Assembly (NCBI GenBank): GCA_963727775.1 | Contig: CAVSHB010000002.1 | Coordinates: 1-64,000, forward strand | Direction: 5' to 3' | DNA from: an uncultured Nitrospiraceae bacterium | GTDB lineage: Bacteria; Nitrospirota; Thermodesulfovibrionia; Thermodesulfovibrionales; SM23-35 | DNA length: 64,000 bases | Part shown: in pieces, positions 30,681-42,040 of the stretch | Layout of the letters: each line of letters starts with the position of its first letter | Position numbering within the stretch: the first letter of the stretch is position 1 | Notes under the pieces: model-generated | Database searches by the model: none | Seen by the model: the letters and a program-made list of their open reading frames with translations, nothing else | Told to the model about the DNA's origin: nothing | Position numbers and translations under genes: made by a program

Positions 30681-32357
30681 TTAAATGCCTCTGCTTCTCT
30701 CTTCAGACCCTATCTCCGGATAAGGAAACAACGACCTTTTTTCTTTGAGAGCTGCCTCTATAAATGCACGAAACAGGGGATGGGGATCCGTCGGCCTTGA
30801 TTTAAATTCAGGATGGAACTGGCATCCGAGGAACCAGGGATGGTTCTCAATCTCAATGATCTCTACCAGTTCTTCGTCAGGACTTAGCCCGCTGATTCTC
30901 AGGCCATGCCTTGTGAGTATTCCTCTGTATGCATTATTGAATTCATACCTATGTCTGTGTCTTTCCGATATTTCTTTAGCCCCATATGCCCTAAGAGCAT
31001 GAGTCCCTTCCTTGAGGACACAGGGATACGCACCGAGTCTCATTGTCCCGCCCTTATGGGAACTTTCCGAGCGTACTTCAATCTTTTCTTTCTTAAAGTC
31101 ATACCATCTTTCCATAAGATAGATAACAGGATCTTTTGTGTTGAGATCAAATTCCGTACTATTGGCGGCAAGACCGCATACATTTCTCGCAAATTCGATC
31201 ACGGCGCATTGCATCCCAAGGCATATGCCGAAATACGGTATCTTCTTCTCCCGTGCAAATCTTATGGCCTTTATCTTTCCTTCGATCCCTCTATACCCAA
31301 ACCCGCCGGGCACAAGGATCCCATCGGCTTCAGACAGGAACTTCTCCGGACCGTGAATTTCTATTTCTTCTGAATCTATCCACTGCAAATTTACACGGGC
31401 GTCGTTCGCAATGCCGCCGTGGATAAGGGCTTCCATCAAACTTTTATAAGAGTCCTTCAATCCGGTGTATTTCCCGACTATTGCAATGTTGACCTCACTC
31501 TTAGGTTCCTTAATTTTTCTTACTATATCTTTCCAGAGGGAAAGATCGGGTTCTTTTGGATCGAGATTAAATTTCTTGCTTATCAGGCGGTCGAGCCCTT
31601 CGGAGTGCAGCATGAGAGGCACTTCGTATATAGTCTCAACATCCCTTGCTGCGATGACGGCATCTACATCGAGGTTACAGTGGATCGCGATCTTCTTTTT
31701 TACTTCAGGCGGCAAAGGCCATTCGGTCCTGCATAAAACGATATCCGGCTGGATACCTATTTCCCTGAACTCCTTAACGCTGTGCTGTGTCGGCTTTGTC
31801 TTAATTTCACCAGCCGTTTTTATATACGGGATAAGGGTAAGATGGATATAGAGTACATTTTCCTTGCCGACATCATATCGGAACTGCCTTATAGCTTCAA
31901 GGAACGGCAGGCTCTCAATATCACCGATAGTCCCGCCTATTTCAACTATCACGATGTCATAATTATCACTTACGGATTTTATGGCCTTTTTAATCTCGTC
32001 TGTTATATGGGGAACTACCTGCACCGTTTCTCCGAGGTAATCTCCCCTTCGCTCTTTTGTAATTACATTGTAATAAATTTTTCCGGTTGTATAGTTGTTT
32101 GACTGCGCTGTCCTTATTGATGTGAATCTTTCATAATGGCCGAGATCAAGGTCTGTTTCGGCGCCGTCATCGGTAACAAAGACCTCGCCGTGCTGAAACG
32201 GGCTCAGAGTACCGGGGTCAACATTAATATAAGGGTCCAATTTCTGAAGAGTAACCTTTAACCCTTTTTCTTTAAGCAATGCGCCGGTGGCCGCTGCCGC
32301 GATCCCCTTTCCCAGGGCCGAAACAACGCCGCCTGTTACAAAGATGTACTTAGACAT
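30681..32357 (-). CDS. pyrG: CTP synthase
   Basis: [40 protein letters not shown]. Confidence 0.99.
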   Translation of the reverse strand: MSKYIFVTGGVVSALGKGIAAAATGALLKEKGLKVTLQKLDPYINVDPGTLSPFQHGEVFVTDDGAETDLDLGHYERFTSIRTAQSNNYTTGKIYYNVITKERRGDYLGETVQVVPHITDEIKKAIKSVSDNYDIVIVEIGGTIGDIESLPFLEAIRQFRYDVGKENVLYIHLTLIPYIKTAGEIKTKPTQHSVKEFREIGIQPDIVLCRTEWPLPPEVKKKIAIHCNLDVDAVIAARDVETIYEVPLMLHSEGLDRLISKKFNLDPKEPDLSLWKDIVRKIKEPKSEVNIAIVGKYTGLKDSYKSLMEALIHGGIANDARVNLQWIDSEEIEIHGPEKFLSEADGILVPGGFGYRGIEGKIKAIRFAREKKIPYFGICLGMQCAVIEFARNVCGLAANSTEFDLNTKDPVIYLMERWYDFKKEKIEVRSESSHKGGTMRLGAYPCVLKEGTHALRAYGAKEISERHRHRYEFNNAYRGILTRHGLRISGLSPDEELVEIIEIENHPWFLGCQFHPEFKSRPTDPHPLFRAFIEAALKEKRSLFPYPEIGSEERSRGI

Positions 32358-33103
32358 TTTTCCACCCTTTCCAAGTCTTCGGGGGTATCGACCCCATATG
32401 TTTCAAAGAAAGTTTCTTTAACCTTAATCTTCATGCCGTTCGCCAATGCCCTTAACTGCTCAAGTTTTTCTATCTTTTCCAGTTCGGTCGGCTCCATGGC
32501 AGCGAGGGAAAGCAGCGCTTCGCGACGATAACTGTAAATCCCTATGTGTTTGTAAACAGCGCCCGATGATCGATGCGCGGCAACTCGCGGAATATGATCC
32601 AGGGCTTTCCATTCATCTCTATAAAATGGGATTGGCGCCCTCGAAAAATATAACGCAAACCCCTCTGTATCAAAAACGACTTTAACTACGTTCGGGTCGA
32701 TTATTTCCTTCGGGTCTTCAATTTTTTTAGCCAGGGTACCGATAGCGGCCCTTTTATCGCCGAGAAGCGTAATAACATCATTTATCATTTCAGGACGGAT
32801 GAGAGGTTCGTCGCCTTGCACGTTAACAATTATATCATAATCCATTGAAGCGGCAACCTCAGCAATTCTATCAGTCCCGGAAGGATGTCTTCTGTCCGTC
32901 ATTATTGCCTTGCCGCCGAATGCTAAGACCCTCTCGAAGATGGTTTCACTGTCTGTCGCAACAATTACATCCCCGGCAAGGTCGGCCAGTTTTGAGTTTT
33001 CATATACATGTTGAATAACCGGTATCCCCTTTAAGGGGTATAAAGGCTTTCCCGGGAAACGGGTTGATTCATAACGGGCAGGGATAATGACTATGGCAGT
33101 CAT
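32336..33103 (-). CDS. kdsB: CMP-KDO synthetase
   Basis: [39 protein letters not shown]. Confidence 0.97.
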   Translation of the reverse strand: MTAIVIIPARYESTRFPGKPLYPLKGIPVIQHVYENSKLADLAGDVIVATDSETIFERVLAFGGKAIMTDRRHPSGTDRIAEVAASMDYDIIVNVQGDEPLIRPEMINDVITLLGDKRAAIGTLAKKIEDPKEIIDPNVVKVVFDTEGFALYFSRAPIPFYRDEWKALDHIPRVAAHRSSGAVYKHIGIYSYRREALLSLAAMEPTELEKIEKLEQLRALANGMKIKVKETFFETYGVDTPEDLERVEKCLSTSL

Positions 33104-33225
33104 AAATTGTTTATTTTAATTATATACTGACCGCCTGTGCCTTGACAATAGTTTTTCATTATCTGCTACAGTATAGATTGAGTTAATTCTAAAGCAATAC
33201 TAAAATTTATGGGAGGATATCCGGT

Positions 33226-33894
33226 TTGGATTTTTCAAGCATTGCGAGGCAGATAATTGTATCGGCCTTTCCAATTCTGATAGCTATTGTATTTCACGAG
33301 CTTTCTCATGGTTTTGCGGCAAATAAATTAGGCGATCCTACCGCCAAAATGATGGGCAGGCTTACACTGAACCCTATTGCCCATATTGACCCGATTGGAA
33401 CAATATTAATGCCATTGATGCTTATAATATTTACAAACGGCCAATTTGTTTTTGGATATGCAAAACCTGTCCCAATAAACCCTATGAATTTTAAAAATCC
33501 CAGGAGGGACATGGCCATTTCGGCTTCTGCGGGTCCGATAACCAATATCATTCTGTCGATCTTAAGTATCCTTATTCTTAAATTCATAATGGCCCCCCTG
33601 TCGTTTTTACTGCCTGAATCGATCAGCTCGGCCATAATGACCCCTTTAATTATGATATTTCAGTCAAGTGTAGTAGTTAACGTCGTTCTTGCGGTATTCA
33701 ATATGATCCCGATACCTCCTCTCGACGGCGGAAGGGTATTAATGGGTTTTCTGCCTTACAAACAGGCAGTCACTTTCGGTAAAATCGAACCATTCGGTTT
33801 TATAATAGTTATTTTTCTTATCGCAACGGGCATAGCGAACTATTTTGTCATACCCATCATAAATCTGTTCTTGAGTGTTCTGCAATTAATTTAG
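33226..33894 (+). CDS. Site-2 protease (M50 family)
   Basis: HELSH, AGPITN, FNMIPIPPLDGG; hydrophobic. Confidence 0.92.
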   Translation: MDFSSIARQIIVSAFPILIAIVFHELSHGFAANKLGDPTAKMMGRLTLNPIAHIDPIGTILMPLMLIIFTNGQFVFGYAKPVPINPMNFKNPRRDMAISASAGPITNIILSILSILILKFIMAPLSFLLPESISSAIMTPLIMIFQSSVVVNVVLAVFNMIPIPPLDGGRVLMGFLPYKQAVTFGKIEPFGFIIVIFLIATGIANYFVIPIINLFLSVLQLI

Positions 33895-34031
33895 ACCGAA
33901 ACAAATTATCAAAAACAATGGTATTATAATAATTCGAATTATTAAGAAAAAATTTCCTAATTCCCTTTGTTGCGTCCAATTCCGACCATAACAAGGGGAT
34001 ATTAAAGGATATTTGGTGAGGCAAAGGATAT

Positions 34032-35018
34032 ATGAATAAGGACAAAGTTTTAAGCGGAATGCAGGCGAGCGGCAAGCTTCATTTAGGAAACCTTGTAGGG
34101 GCTTTGAGCAATTGGGTAACGCTTCAGGACAAATACGAGTGTTACTATTTTATTGCCGACTGGCACTCTCTTACCACAGGATACGCGGACCCGTCGCATA
34201 TGAAGGAATCTACTAAAGACCTGCTGATTAATTATCTGGCTGCAGGTCTCGACCCGGAAAAATGTACGATATTCATACAGTCACGGGTTATTGAACATGC
34301 GGAGTTGCACCTGCTCCTTTCTATGATAACCCCCCTCGGCTGGCTCGAAAGGGTCCCGACATATAAAGAGAAGCAACAGGAGCTTAAGGATAGAGATCTA
34401 TCCACATATGGTTTCCTCGGCTATCCGTTGCTTCAGACCGCTGATATCATCATCTACAGGGCTAAGTATGTGCCTGTAGGTGTCGATCAGGTGCCGCATC
34501 TTGAGATAAGCCGGGAAGTTGCGAGGAGGTTCAATTATCTTTACAAAGAAATTTTTCCCGAACCCGAAGCCCTGCTTACCGAGTTTCCCAAAGTTGTCGG
34601 TACGGACGGAAGGAAGATGTCGAAGAGCTATGACAACGCGATCTATCTTTCCGACAGCCCTGAAGAGATTGAAAGGAAGATCAGGACGATGGTTACCGAC
34701 CCCGCAAGGGTGAAGAAGACCGACGTCGGAGATCCGGAATTATCTCCGGTGTATCATCTCCACAAGATTTTTTCTTCGAAGGAAGAGCAGGAATACATTG
34801 CTGACGGGTGCCGGACTGCGGGTATCGGATGTATAGAATGCAAAAAAATTCTTATTAAGAATGTCCTTAAGGTTATGGAGCCGATCTGGCAAAGACGGAA
34901 TGAACTCCTTCGGGATCCGGATATCCTTCAAGACATCGCAAACAAGGGTACGGAAAAGGCAAAGAAGGTAGCTGAAGAGACCATGCAACTTGTCCGGGAG
35001 GCAATGGGGCTTTATTAA
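34032..35018 (+). CDS. trpS: Tryptophan--tRNA ligase
   Basis: HLGN, YPLLQTADI, VPVGVDQ, KMSKS. Confidence 0.97.
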   Translation: MNKDKVLSGMQASGKLHLGNLVGALSNWVTLQDKYECYYFIADWHSLTTGYADPSHMKESTKDLLINYLAAGLDPEKCTIFIQSRVIEHAELHLLLSMITPLGWLERVPTYKEKQQELKDRDLSTYGFLGYPLLQTADIIIYRAKYVPVGVDQVPHLEISREVARRFNYLYKEIFPEPEALLTEFPKVVGTDGRKMSKSYDNAIYLSDSPEEIERKIRTMVTDPARVKKTDVGDPELSPVYHLHKIFSSKEEQEYIADGCRTAGIGCIECKKILIKNVLKVMEPIWQRRNELLRDPDILQDIANKGTEKAKKVAEETMQLVREAMGLY

Positions 35019-35020
35019 TC

Positions 35021-35596
35021 ATGCAAGGGCAAGCCGCAAATAAAATACTCGGTGTTATAGGAAGTCCGCGCAAAAGGGGAAACACATATGCCCTAGTCTC
35101 CAAAATATTGGAGGGCGCTGAAAAAGAAGGCGCCTCTACAGAAATTCTTTTTCTCAATGATATGAATATCCGGGAGTGTGATGGATGTCATGTCTGCTGG
35201 AAAGGGAAACAGTGCAGTAAAAAAGACGATATGAATAATATTTATGCGAAGATTATTGATAGTGATATTATCGTTTTCGGTACTCCGGTATACTGGTACG
35301 GACCGACAGCGTTGATGAAATGTTTCATAGATCGTTTCGTCTACTTCAATTGCCCTGAGAACAGATCAAAGATCAGAGGCAAGTCTGCAGTGATAGCAAT
35401 TCCTTTCGAAGAAGAAAATCCAAAAACAGCCGATCTATTAATCAAGTTCTTTAAGAAAAGCCTTCAATATTTGGAGATGAAATTAGTCGGTAAAATCATA
35501 GTGCCCGGAGTCGGCAATAGGGGAGATATCTTAAAGAAAGCCGACCGCTTGGAATACGCCTACGAACTTGGGAAAAGACTGCCTCGATCTAAATAG
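35021..35596 (+). CDS. Flavodoxin-like iron-sulfur flavoprotein / NADPH-dependent FMN reductase
   Basis: GSPRKRGNT, CDGCHVC....QC..KDDM, GTPVYW. Confidence 0.88.
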   Translation: MQGQAANKILGVIGSPRKRGNTYALVSKILEGAEKEGASTEILFLNDMNIRECDGCHVCWKGKQCSKKDDMNNIYAKIIDSDIIVFGTPVYWYGPTALMKCFIDRFVYFNCPENRSKIRGKSAVIAIPFEEENPKTADLLIKFFKKSLQYLEMKLVGKIIVPGVGNRGDILKKADRLEYAYELGKRLPRSK

Positions 35597-35646
35597 AATA
35601 TCTTAGACTGCCTTAGATTTCCTTCGCTGTTTTCGAGAGATGAATT

Positions 35647-37548
35647 TTATTGTTTTTTCTGAGCGTATCCTATTCTTTTGAGAGCGTCTTCCACTTCACC
35701 GAGAATAGACGGGTCATCAATCGTGGACGGCATAGTATAAGGCTCTGCGTTGGCGATCTTCCTCATTGTGCTTCTGAGTATCTTGCCGGACCGCGTTTTG
35801 GGGAGCCTCGTCACAACGACCGCCTCTCTAAAACAGGCGATAGGTCCTATTTCATTGCGCATCATCTGGACAAGCTCTTTCTTTAAGCCAACCTCATCTG
35901 TTGCCACTCCGGATTTAAGAACAACGAGTCCCAAAGGGAGTTGCCCTTTGAGAGGATCATTTGCCCCGATTACCGCGCACTCCGCAATATCCTGGTGCTG
36001 CGCCACGACCTCTTCCATAGCGCCTGTAGAAAGTCTGTGTCCCGCGACGTTAATGACGTCGTCAACCCTTCCCATGATATGAACATATCCGTCTTCATCC
36101 ATATACCCGCTGTCGCTTGTAAAGTAATAGCCGGGAAATATCTTCATGTACGATTCAATAAACCTTTCATCTGCGTTCCAGAGAGTCGGCAATGTCCCTG
36201 GAGGGAGGGGAAGCTTTACAACAACGAGCCCTTCCTCTCTTGTGCCGAGCCTTTGCCCGAGATTGTTGATTATCTGTACATCGTATCCGGGCACAGGTTT
36301 TGTGGAAGATCCGGGTTTGACGGGAAAATGTTCAATGCCCATGCAATTAGCGGTAATCGGCCATCCGGTCTCGGTCTGCCACCAGTGATCGATCACCGGT
36401 TTTTGCAGGAGTTCATGTGCCCAATGGTAAGTGTCGGGGTCTGTACGCTCACCGGCAAGGAAAAGGTATTTGAATCCAGAGAGGTCATATTTTTTTATAT
36501 AGTCACCGTTCGGATCCTCTTTCTTTATTGCTCTAAATGCAGTTGGAGCAGTGAACAGGGTCTTTACTCCGTGCTGAGAGATGACTCTCCAGAAGGCCCC
36601 CGGATCCGGAGTCCCAACGGATTTACCTTCATAGAGTATTGTCGTGCAACCGGTTAACAATGGACCGTAAACGATGTAAGAATGCCCGACTACCCATCCG
36701 ACATCAGACGCAGCCCAATATATTTCTCCCGGCTTTGTATCATAGATGTGTTCTATGCTCCATCTCAAAGATACGGCATGTCCGCCGTTGTCACGTACAA
36801 CTCCTTTCGGTTTTCCTGTAGTGCCGGAAGTGTAGAGGATGTAAAGCGGATCTGTTGCCTTTACAGGCACACAGGGGACGGGGTCTGCCTTGACCATAAG
36901 CTCGTCCCAGTCCAGATCACGGCCGGGAGTAAGTTCAGCCTTAAGAATATCCCTTTGGAAGATCACGCATTTCTCAGGTTTGTGAACTGCAAGATCAATC
37001 GCCTTATCGAGCAACGGTTTGTATTCAATGAGTCTTTTTGTCTCCATTGCGCCTGAAGCTGAAACGATGACTTTCGGTTTGGCGTCATTAATTCTGAGTG
37101 CAAGTTCGTGCGGAGCAAAGCCGCCGAATACGACTGAATGGACCGCTCCGAGCCGCGCACACGCGAGCATCGAAACAACAGCCTGCGGAATCATCGGCAT
37201 ATAGATAACGACTGTGTCCCCTTTGTGTACACCAAGGGTTTTCAAAACACCGGCAAAACGGGATACCTGATCAAGCAATTCACGATATGTAAATTTCTGT
37301 ATAGTTTTTGTTACCGGGCTGTCATAAATGAGCGCTGTTTGGTCGGCCCTTCCCCCTTCAACATGCCTGTCCAAAGCGTTGTAACAGGTGTTCAACTCAC
37401 CGCCGCTAAACCAGCGATAGAATGGCGGATTTGAAGCATCAAGGACTTTATCCCACTTCCTGTGCCATGTAATGGCTTCTGCGGCTTCGGCCCAGAAACC
37501 TTCAGGATCCTGAACGCTCCTCTGGAATATACCTTCATACTTCCCCAT
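35647..37548 (-). CDS. prpE: Propionyl-CoA synthetase / acetate--CoA ligase family
   Basis: YTSGTTGKPKG, DHWWQTETG, GHRLSTGAMEE, PKTRSGKILR. Confidence 0.85.
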   Translation of the reverse strand: MGKYEGIFQRSVQDPEGFWAEAAEAITWHRKWDKVLDASNPPFYRWFSGGELNTCYNALDRHVEGGRADQTALIYDSPVTKTIQKFTYRELLDQVSRFAGVLKTLGVHKGDTVVIYMPMIPQAVVSMLACARLGAVHSVVFGGFAPHELALRINDAKPKVIVSASGAMETKRLIEYKPLLDKAIDLAVHKPEKCVIFQRDILKAELTPGRDLDWDELMVKADPVPCVPVKATDPLYILYTSGTTGKPKGVVRDNGGHAVSLRWSIEHIYDTKPGEIYWAASDVGWVVGHSYIVYGPLLTGCTTILYEGKSVGTPDPGAFWRVISQHGVKTLFTAPTAFRAIKKEDPNGDYIKKYDLSGFKYLFLAGERTDPDTYHWAHELLQKPVIDHWWQTETGWPITANCMGIEHFPVKPGSSTKPVPGYDVQIINNLGQRLGTREEGLVVVKLPLPPGTLPTLWNADERFIESYMKIFPGYYFTSDSGYMDEDGYVHIMGRVDDVINVAGHRLSTGAMEEVVAQHQDIAECAVIGANDPLKGQLPLGLVVLKSGVATDEVGLKKELVQMMRNEIGPIACFREAVVVTRLPKTRSGKILRSTMRKIANAEPYTMPSTIDDPSILGEVEDALKRIGYAQKKQ

Positions 37549-37744
37549 CAGGTGCCTCCTTATTCGTTTTTAGAGCATATTTTTTATCTTATCACAAAAA
37601 ATGTTTTTAACTCAGCAACATCTATGGCCTGCCGCGATTTTATCGCTTGACAAATCGTTTCTTTATCCTACATAGTTATTTTAAATCTTTTAGGGCTTAT
37701 GAAAGCTTGTTAAAGATCAGTGCGAAAAAGCAGAAGGAGGAAGA

Positions 37745-38062
37745 ATGAGTACAAGGCTTTATGTCGGTAACATCTCCTTTAAGGCAACAGAGGATGATGT
37801 AAGGGACCTGTTTTCTCAGTCAGGTGAAGTTGTTTCCGTCAAGCTTATCAAAGATGCAGCTACTGGCAGGCTGAGAGGGTTTGGCTTTGTAGAGATGGCC
37901 TCAGATGACGATGCCCAAAAGGCTATTTCCAAGTTCAACGGAAATGCATTTATGGACAGGAACATTGTTGTTAATGAGGCAAAGCCGCAGGAAAGGCGGG
38001 AAAGATCCGGTGGCTACTCAAGAGATAAGGGTGGGTTTGGCGCAAGAGGGGGAAGAAGATAG
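37745..38062 (+). CDS. RRM (RNP-1) RNA-binding protein
   Basis: LYVGNI (RNP2), RGFGFVEM (RNP1), Gly/Arg tail; AAGGAGG SD. Confidence 0.95.
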   Translation: MSTRLYVGNISFKATEDDVRDLFSQSGEVVSVKLIKDAATGRLRGFGFVEMASDDDAQKAISKFNGNAFMDRNIVVNEAKPQERRERSGGYSRDKGGFGARGGRR

Positions 38063-38256
38063 GCATTTCCGAATAGGGATTATCCAGCCGACAAAGTCAG
38101 GATTTTTTAGAAGCATTGATACTTTAGAAAGGCCCAGTTCTTCAAAAACCACATCAGTTTTGGATTGGAAAAGGAAGAAAATGTTCTTTTTTGCGCTGAT
38201 AAGCGCCTTAAAATTGCCTTGTCCTTTGCTGATAGTTATTCGAGATGAACCTCATT

Positions 38257-38757
38257 TCAGTCTTTACGCCCTTTAAATATCTTTGCTTTTTTCTCTACCA
38301 TTGCTGCCAAATTTTGTCTGTAATCTTTCAGCCTTCGTGCCAGATTTGAATCTTTCTTTGCGATAATCTGGGCTGAAAGGATCGCAGCGTTCTTTGCTCC
38401 TGCTTTCCCTACCGCCATTGCAGCAACAGGGACACCGGCCGGCATCTGGACGGTTGAAAGAAGCGAGTCAAGTCCGCTCAGGGGTGAAGAATCGATAGGC
38501 ACTCCGATCACGGGGATGAGTGTATGTGCAGCAATAATTCCGGCCAGATGGGCTGCCATGCCTGCGCCTGCGATAATTACTTCAACGCCCTTTCCTTCAG
38601 CCTCCGATGCAAGTTTAATCGCGCGTGCAGGAGTCCTGTGTGCAGAGGCGATGGTCGTTTCATACGGGACCTTAAGTTTTTTTAGAATATCTTCTGCGCC
38701 CTCCATAATGGTATAGTCGGAATCACTCCCCATAATGATCAAAACTTGCGGTTTCAT
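38257..38757 (-). CDS. purE: N5-CAIR mutase
   Basis: MGSDSD, SAHRTP, AGMAAHL, VQMPAGVPVA. Confidence 0.97.
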   Translation of the reverse strand: MKPQVLIIMGSDSDYTIMEGAEDILKKLKVPYETTIASAHRTPARAIKLASEAEGKGVEVIIAGAGMAAHLAGIIAAHTLIPVIGVPIDSSPLSGLDSLLSTVQMPAGVPVAAMAVGKAGAKNAAILSAQIIAKKDSNLARRLKDYRQNLAAMVEKKAKIFKGRKD

Positions 38758-38776
38758 ATTTGCTCCTTATCCATAA

Positions 38777-40033
38777 TTATGTTTTACCGATATCTTCTCT
38801 ATAATACATCCCATCAAAGTGAATATTATCCACTGCGGCATATGCTTTTGCTCTGGCTTCTTTCATATCCGCTCCGATTGCCGTTACGCTGATGATTCTT
38901 CCGTCAGAGGTTACTATATTATTATTGTTGAATAATGTATTTTCGTGGAACACAACCGTATCATTTATGGCTTTGGGTTTTTCAAGTCCTGTAATAATCG
39001 ATCCCTTATGGCATTCACCCGAGTGGTCCTTGGATGAAATCACAACGCTCACTGATGATCCCTGAGGCCATTCTATAGCCGTAGCAGACAGCCTTTCTTC
39101 AATGATAGATAACACTATTTCAGTAAAGTCCGTTTTGAGCCTTGGGAGAACAGTCTGTGCTTCCTGATCTCCAAACCCGCAGGTGACTTCAGAAATATGA
39201 ATGCGGTCATTGTCGACTGCGAGATCCACAGAGATAGCGCCTCTATATTTTATGCCGTCTGAGTTGAGCGCCTTCAACAGAGGTATCATTACCTTTTCCA
39301 TTATAGTAGACTCAAGTTCCCTCGTAACGATCTTTACAGGACTGTATGCGCCCACAATTTTAGATCCTGAACCGGTATCATCGCCTGTGTCCCTATAAAT
39401 ACACAAACTGGCAAGCGGCAGTATGGTATTCCCGTCGGTTAAGCAAACAAAGGAGAGCCTTTCACCCTTCAGACGTTCTTCAATAATCACTTGCTTTCCC
39501 GCATCGCCAAGGATCTTGTCTTTCATCATGAGCTTGAGAATATTTATTGCGCCGTCAACGGAAGAAGCAACAAATACACCGTCATCTCCGGAATGTCCGG
39601 CAGCCTTTATTACTATCGGGGAGCCCTTTAATCTCACATAATCCTGTGCATCGGGGAATGATGTAAATACTTTGTATTCAGCTACCGGCAGCCGATGAAG
39701 CCTTGTAAGGTCTTTTGCAAATATCCTGCTTGAACTTACCCGGACAGCGGTACTGTTCGGGCCTAATATCTTGCAGCCTTCTCTTTCGAACGCGGGTACG
39801 ATGTCTCGCGGGAAAAGTTTCTCTGAGCCGACGATTGTAAAGTCAATCCATTCATACTTTACAAAGTCAATTAATGCCTTAAAGTTATTGGGACTTACAT
39901 CTATGCATTCTGCTATTTCGGATATGCCCGCATTTCCGGGACAACAATAGATATTGGTGATATGTTTACTCTGGGACAGTTTCCATGCAATTGCATGTTC
40001 TTTGCCTCCTCCACCGATGATCAATACTTTCAC
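38777..40033 (-). CDS. purD: PurD (GAR synthetase)-like ATP-grasp protein with degenerate active-site motifs
   Basis: Full-length PurD scaffold (MKVLIIGGGGKEHAIAWKL, PGNAG, GAYSP, FDGMYYREDIG), but conserved catalytic motifs are substituted (see findings). Confidence 0.75.
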   Translation of the reverse strand: MKVLIIGGGGKEHAIAWKLSQSKHITNIYCCPGNAGISEIAECIDVSPNNFKALIDFVKYEWIDFTIVGSEKLFPRDIVPAFEREGCKILGPNSTAVRVSSSRIFAKDLTRLHRLPVAEYKVFTSFPDAQDYVRLKGSPIVIKAAGHSGDDGVFVASSVDGAINILKLMMKDKILGDAGKQVIIEERLKGERLSFVCLTDGNTILPLASLCIYRDTGDDTGSGSKIVGAYSPVKIVTRELESTIMEKVMIPLLKALNSDGIKYRGAISVDLAVDNDRIHISEVTCGFGDQEAQTVLPRLKTDFTEIVLSIIEERLSATAIEWPQGSSVSVVISSKDHSGECHKGSIITGLEKPKAINDTVVFHENTLFNNNNIVTSDGRIISVTAIGADMKEARAKAYAAVDNIHFDGMYYREDIGKT

Positions 40034-40047
40034 TTGGGATAGCCTAT

Positions 40048-40650
40048 TTATTTCTTTTCCGTTACCCGTGTGAGGTAATCGGCAATGATTGAATCGTATC
40101 TTGACGTGTGTTTAAATACCTTTTTTGCAAGTCTTAATTTCGTAGTATAATCCAGATTGCCGTCATGGTTCTTCATTTCAGTCAGGATAGAGTCATAATC
40201 AGACGGGTCTACTATAACGACGACATCCTGAAAGTTTTTTGCCGCAGACCGCAGCATTGCAGGCCCGCCTATGTCGATATTCTCTATGGCCTCTGCAAAT
40301 GAAATCCCGGGCTTTGAGATAGTCTCTTCAAAGGGATACAAGTTCACAACAACCATATCTATAGTGTCAATCCCATGCTTCTTTATTTCCTCCATGTCTT
40401 TTGGATTGTCCCTCCTTGAAAGTAGCCCACCATGAATTTTGGGGTGAAGGGTTTTTACTCTGCCGTCAAGCATTTCGGGCGATCCGGTGTGTTCTGAAAC
40501 ATCTTTAACCGATAAACCCGCATCCCGTAAGGCCTTTGCAGTCCCGCCGGTTGAAAGTATCTTAATCCCCATCGACTGGAGACCCTTTGCAAATTCGATA
40601 ACTCCTTTCTTATTCGATACACTTATCAAAACTGTTTTAATCTTTGACAT
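40048..40650 (-). CDS. purH: IMP cyclohydrolase (PurH N-terminal MGS-like domain only)
   Basis: [44 protein letters not shown]; ends at 200 aa without the AICAR transformylase domain. Confidence 0.9.
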   Translation of the reverse strand: MSKIKTVLISVSNKKGVIEFAKGLQSMGIKILSTGGTAKALRDAGLSVKDVSEHTGSPEMLDGRVKTLHPKIHGGLLSRRDNPKDMEEIKKHGIDTIDMVVVNLYPFEETISKPGISFAEAIENIDIGGPAMLRSAAKNFQDVVVIVDPSDYDSILTEMKNHDGNLDYTTKLRLAKKVFKHTSRYDSIIADYLTRVTEKK

Positions 40651-40658
40651 AATCCCTC

Positions 40659-41372
40659 CTATCCCTTAGCATTTCTTTGCGTCCCTTTCTTTATATATCC
40701 TTTTTCCATCATGCTTACATAATTGTTGTATCCTATAATGACGTGGTCCAGTACCTTTATCCCTATTATCTCCCCCGCATCAGCAAGCCTTTCAGTGATC
40801 GCAATATCTTCACGGCTCGGACTTGGGTCCCCGCTCGGGTGGTTATGGACAAATATAACAGACGCAGCGGACTCCTTTATTGCATCCTTGAAAGCCTCGC
40901 GCGGATGTATTAACGAATGAGTAAGGGTCCCTTCAGAGACACGACAGTCCCTGAGTATCCTGTTTTTTGCGTCAAGCATCGCACAGTGGAATACCTCTTT
41001 CTTCATGTTTTTCAGGCGCTGGTGATAGAAGGCATAAACGTCGTGGCCCGATGATAATGCAGGCCCTTTGTCGTAAGGTTTTTCATTAAGTCTTCTGCCG
41101 AGTTCAAAGGCGGCCTTGAGCTGAGCAACCTTTGCGTCACCCATCCCTTTGAAAGGAGCGAATTCCCCGGGAGACGCATTTTCGATCCTCTGTAAATCGG
41201 CAAAGGAGTTTAAAATCTCTATAGCAAGGTCAAGAGCGCTCTTGCCTCCTCCCCCGGTGCGGAGTATTATGGCAAGGAGTTGAGCATCTGAAAGATTATG
41301 GGCGCCATGTTTCAGAAGCCTTTCCCTCGGCCTTTCTCCTTCAGGCCATTTTTTAATACTCTGGTATCCCAT
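40659..41372 (-). CDS. radC: RadC family JAB-domain protein
   Basis: [44 protein letters not shown]. Confidence 0.95.
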   Translation of the reverse strand: MGYQSIKKWPEGERPRERLLKHGAHNLSDAQLLAIILRTGGGGKSALDLAIEILNSFADLQRIENASPGEFAPFKGMGDAKVAQLKAAFELGRRLNEKPYDKGPALSSGHDVYAFYHQRLKNMKKEVFHCAMLDAKNRILRDCRVSEGTLTHSLIHPREAFKDAIKESAASVIFVHNHPSGDPSPSREDIAITERLADAGEIIGIKVLDHVIIGYNNYVSMMEKGYIKKGTQRNAKG

Positions 41373-41570
41373 AAAGTAGGAAATTTTAGCATCTGTAACA
41401 ATTATAGGTAAAGGATTAATTGACGTAAAATATGTATAATGATAGCATAATAATGCATAAACGGGATTAATTAAGCATAGCCGAACACAAAGAATTTTCC
41501 GTTATCATAAATATTTTGATATTTGTGTTTAGATCAAATTTTGATAGAATTGTATCGTTACGGAGGTAGT

Positions 41571-42005
41571 ATGAAGCTGAGCATAAATGAAAGGCATCTT
41601 AATAACAAAAAAGGATTCACACTTGTTGAACTCATTGTCGTTATGGTTATCCTCGGAATGCTCGCGGCCCTTGTCTTTCCCAAGTTACTGCCGAAGGTAG
41701 GAAAAGGCAAGCAATCCGCTGCTAAAACGCAGATAGAGCTGCTCGGCCAGGCACTCGACCAATTCAGGCTCGACACCGGAAGATACCCGACTACGGCAGA
41801 AGGTTTGAATGTCCTTCAAACAGACCCGGGTCTCCCCGGCTGGGATGGTCCATATTTGAAAAAGGGCGTACCGAATGACCCGTGGGGCACGCCTTATCAC
41901 TATGAATCACCCGGCACCCACGGGGATTATGACCTCATTTCATACGGAGCCGACCGCGCACCAGGCGGAGAAGGTGAAGCTAAAGATATCAACAGCTGGG
42001 AATAA
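41571..42005 (+). CDS. gspG: Type II secretion major pseudopilin GspG
   Basis: G|FTLVEL prepilin site, LDQFRLDTGRYPTT.EGL, WDGPYL, DPWG, SYGAD..PGGEG; GGAGGT SD before ATG 41571. Confidence 0.93.
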   Translation: MKLSINERHLNNKKGFTLVELIVVMVILGMLAALVFPKLLPKVGKGKQSAAKTQIELLGQALDQFRLDTGRYPTTAEGLNVLQTDPGLPGWDGPYLKKGVPNDPWGTPYHYESPGTHGDYDLISYGADRAPGGEGEAKDINSWE

Positions 42006-42021
42006 TGACTACAGTGATACG

Positions 42022-42040
42022 ACTGACGAATTTTGTCAGT
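42022..42040. promoter_or_regulatory. Palindrome, candidate enhancer (bEBP/PilR-type) binding site
   Basis: ACTGAC-gaatttt-GTCAGT about 140 bp upstream of the sigma54 element. Confidence 0.45.

Noticed and set aside
37905..38276. 123-aa ORF overlapping the RRM gene and purE end
   Set aside because: Alternative frame of the RRM gene running into a spacer; no recognisable features.
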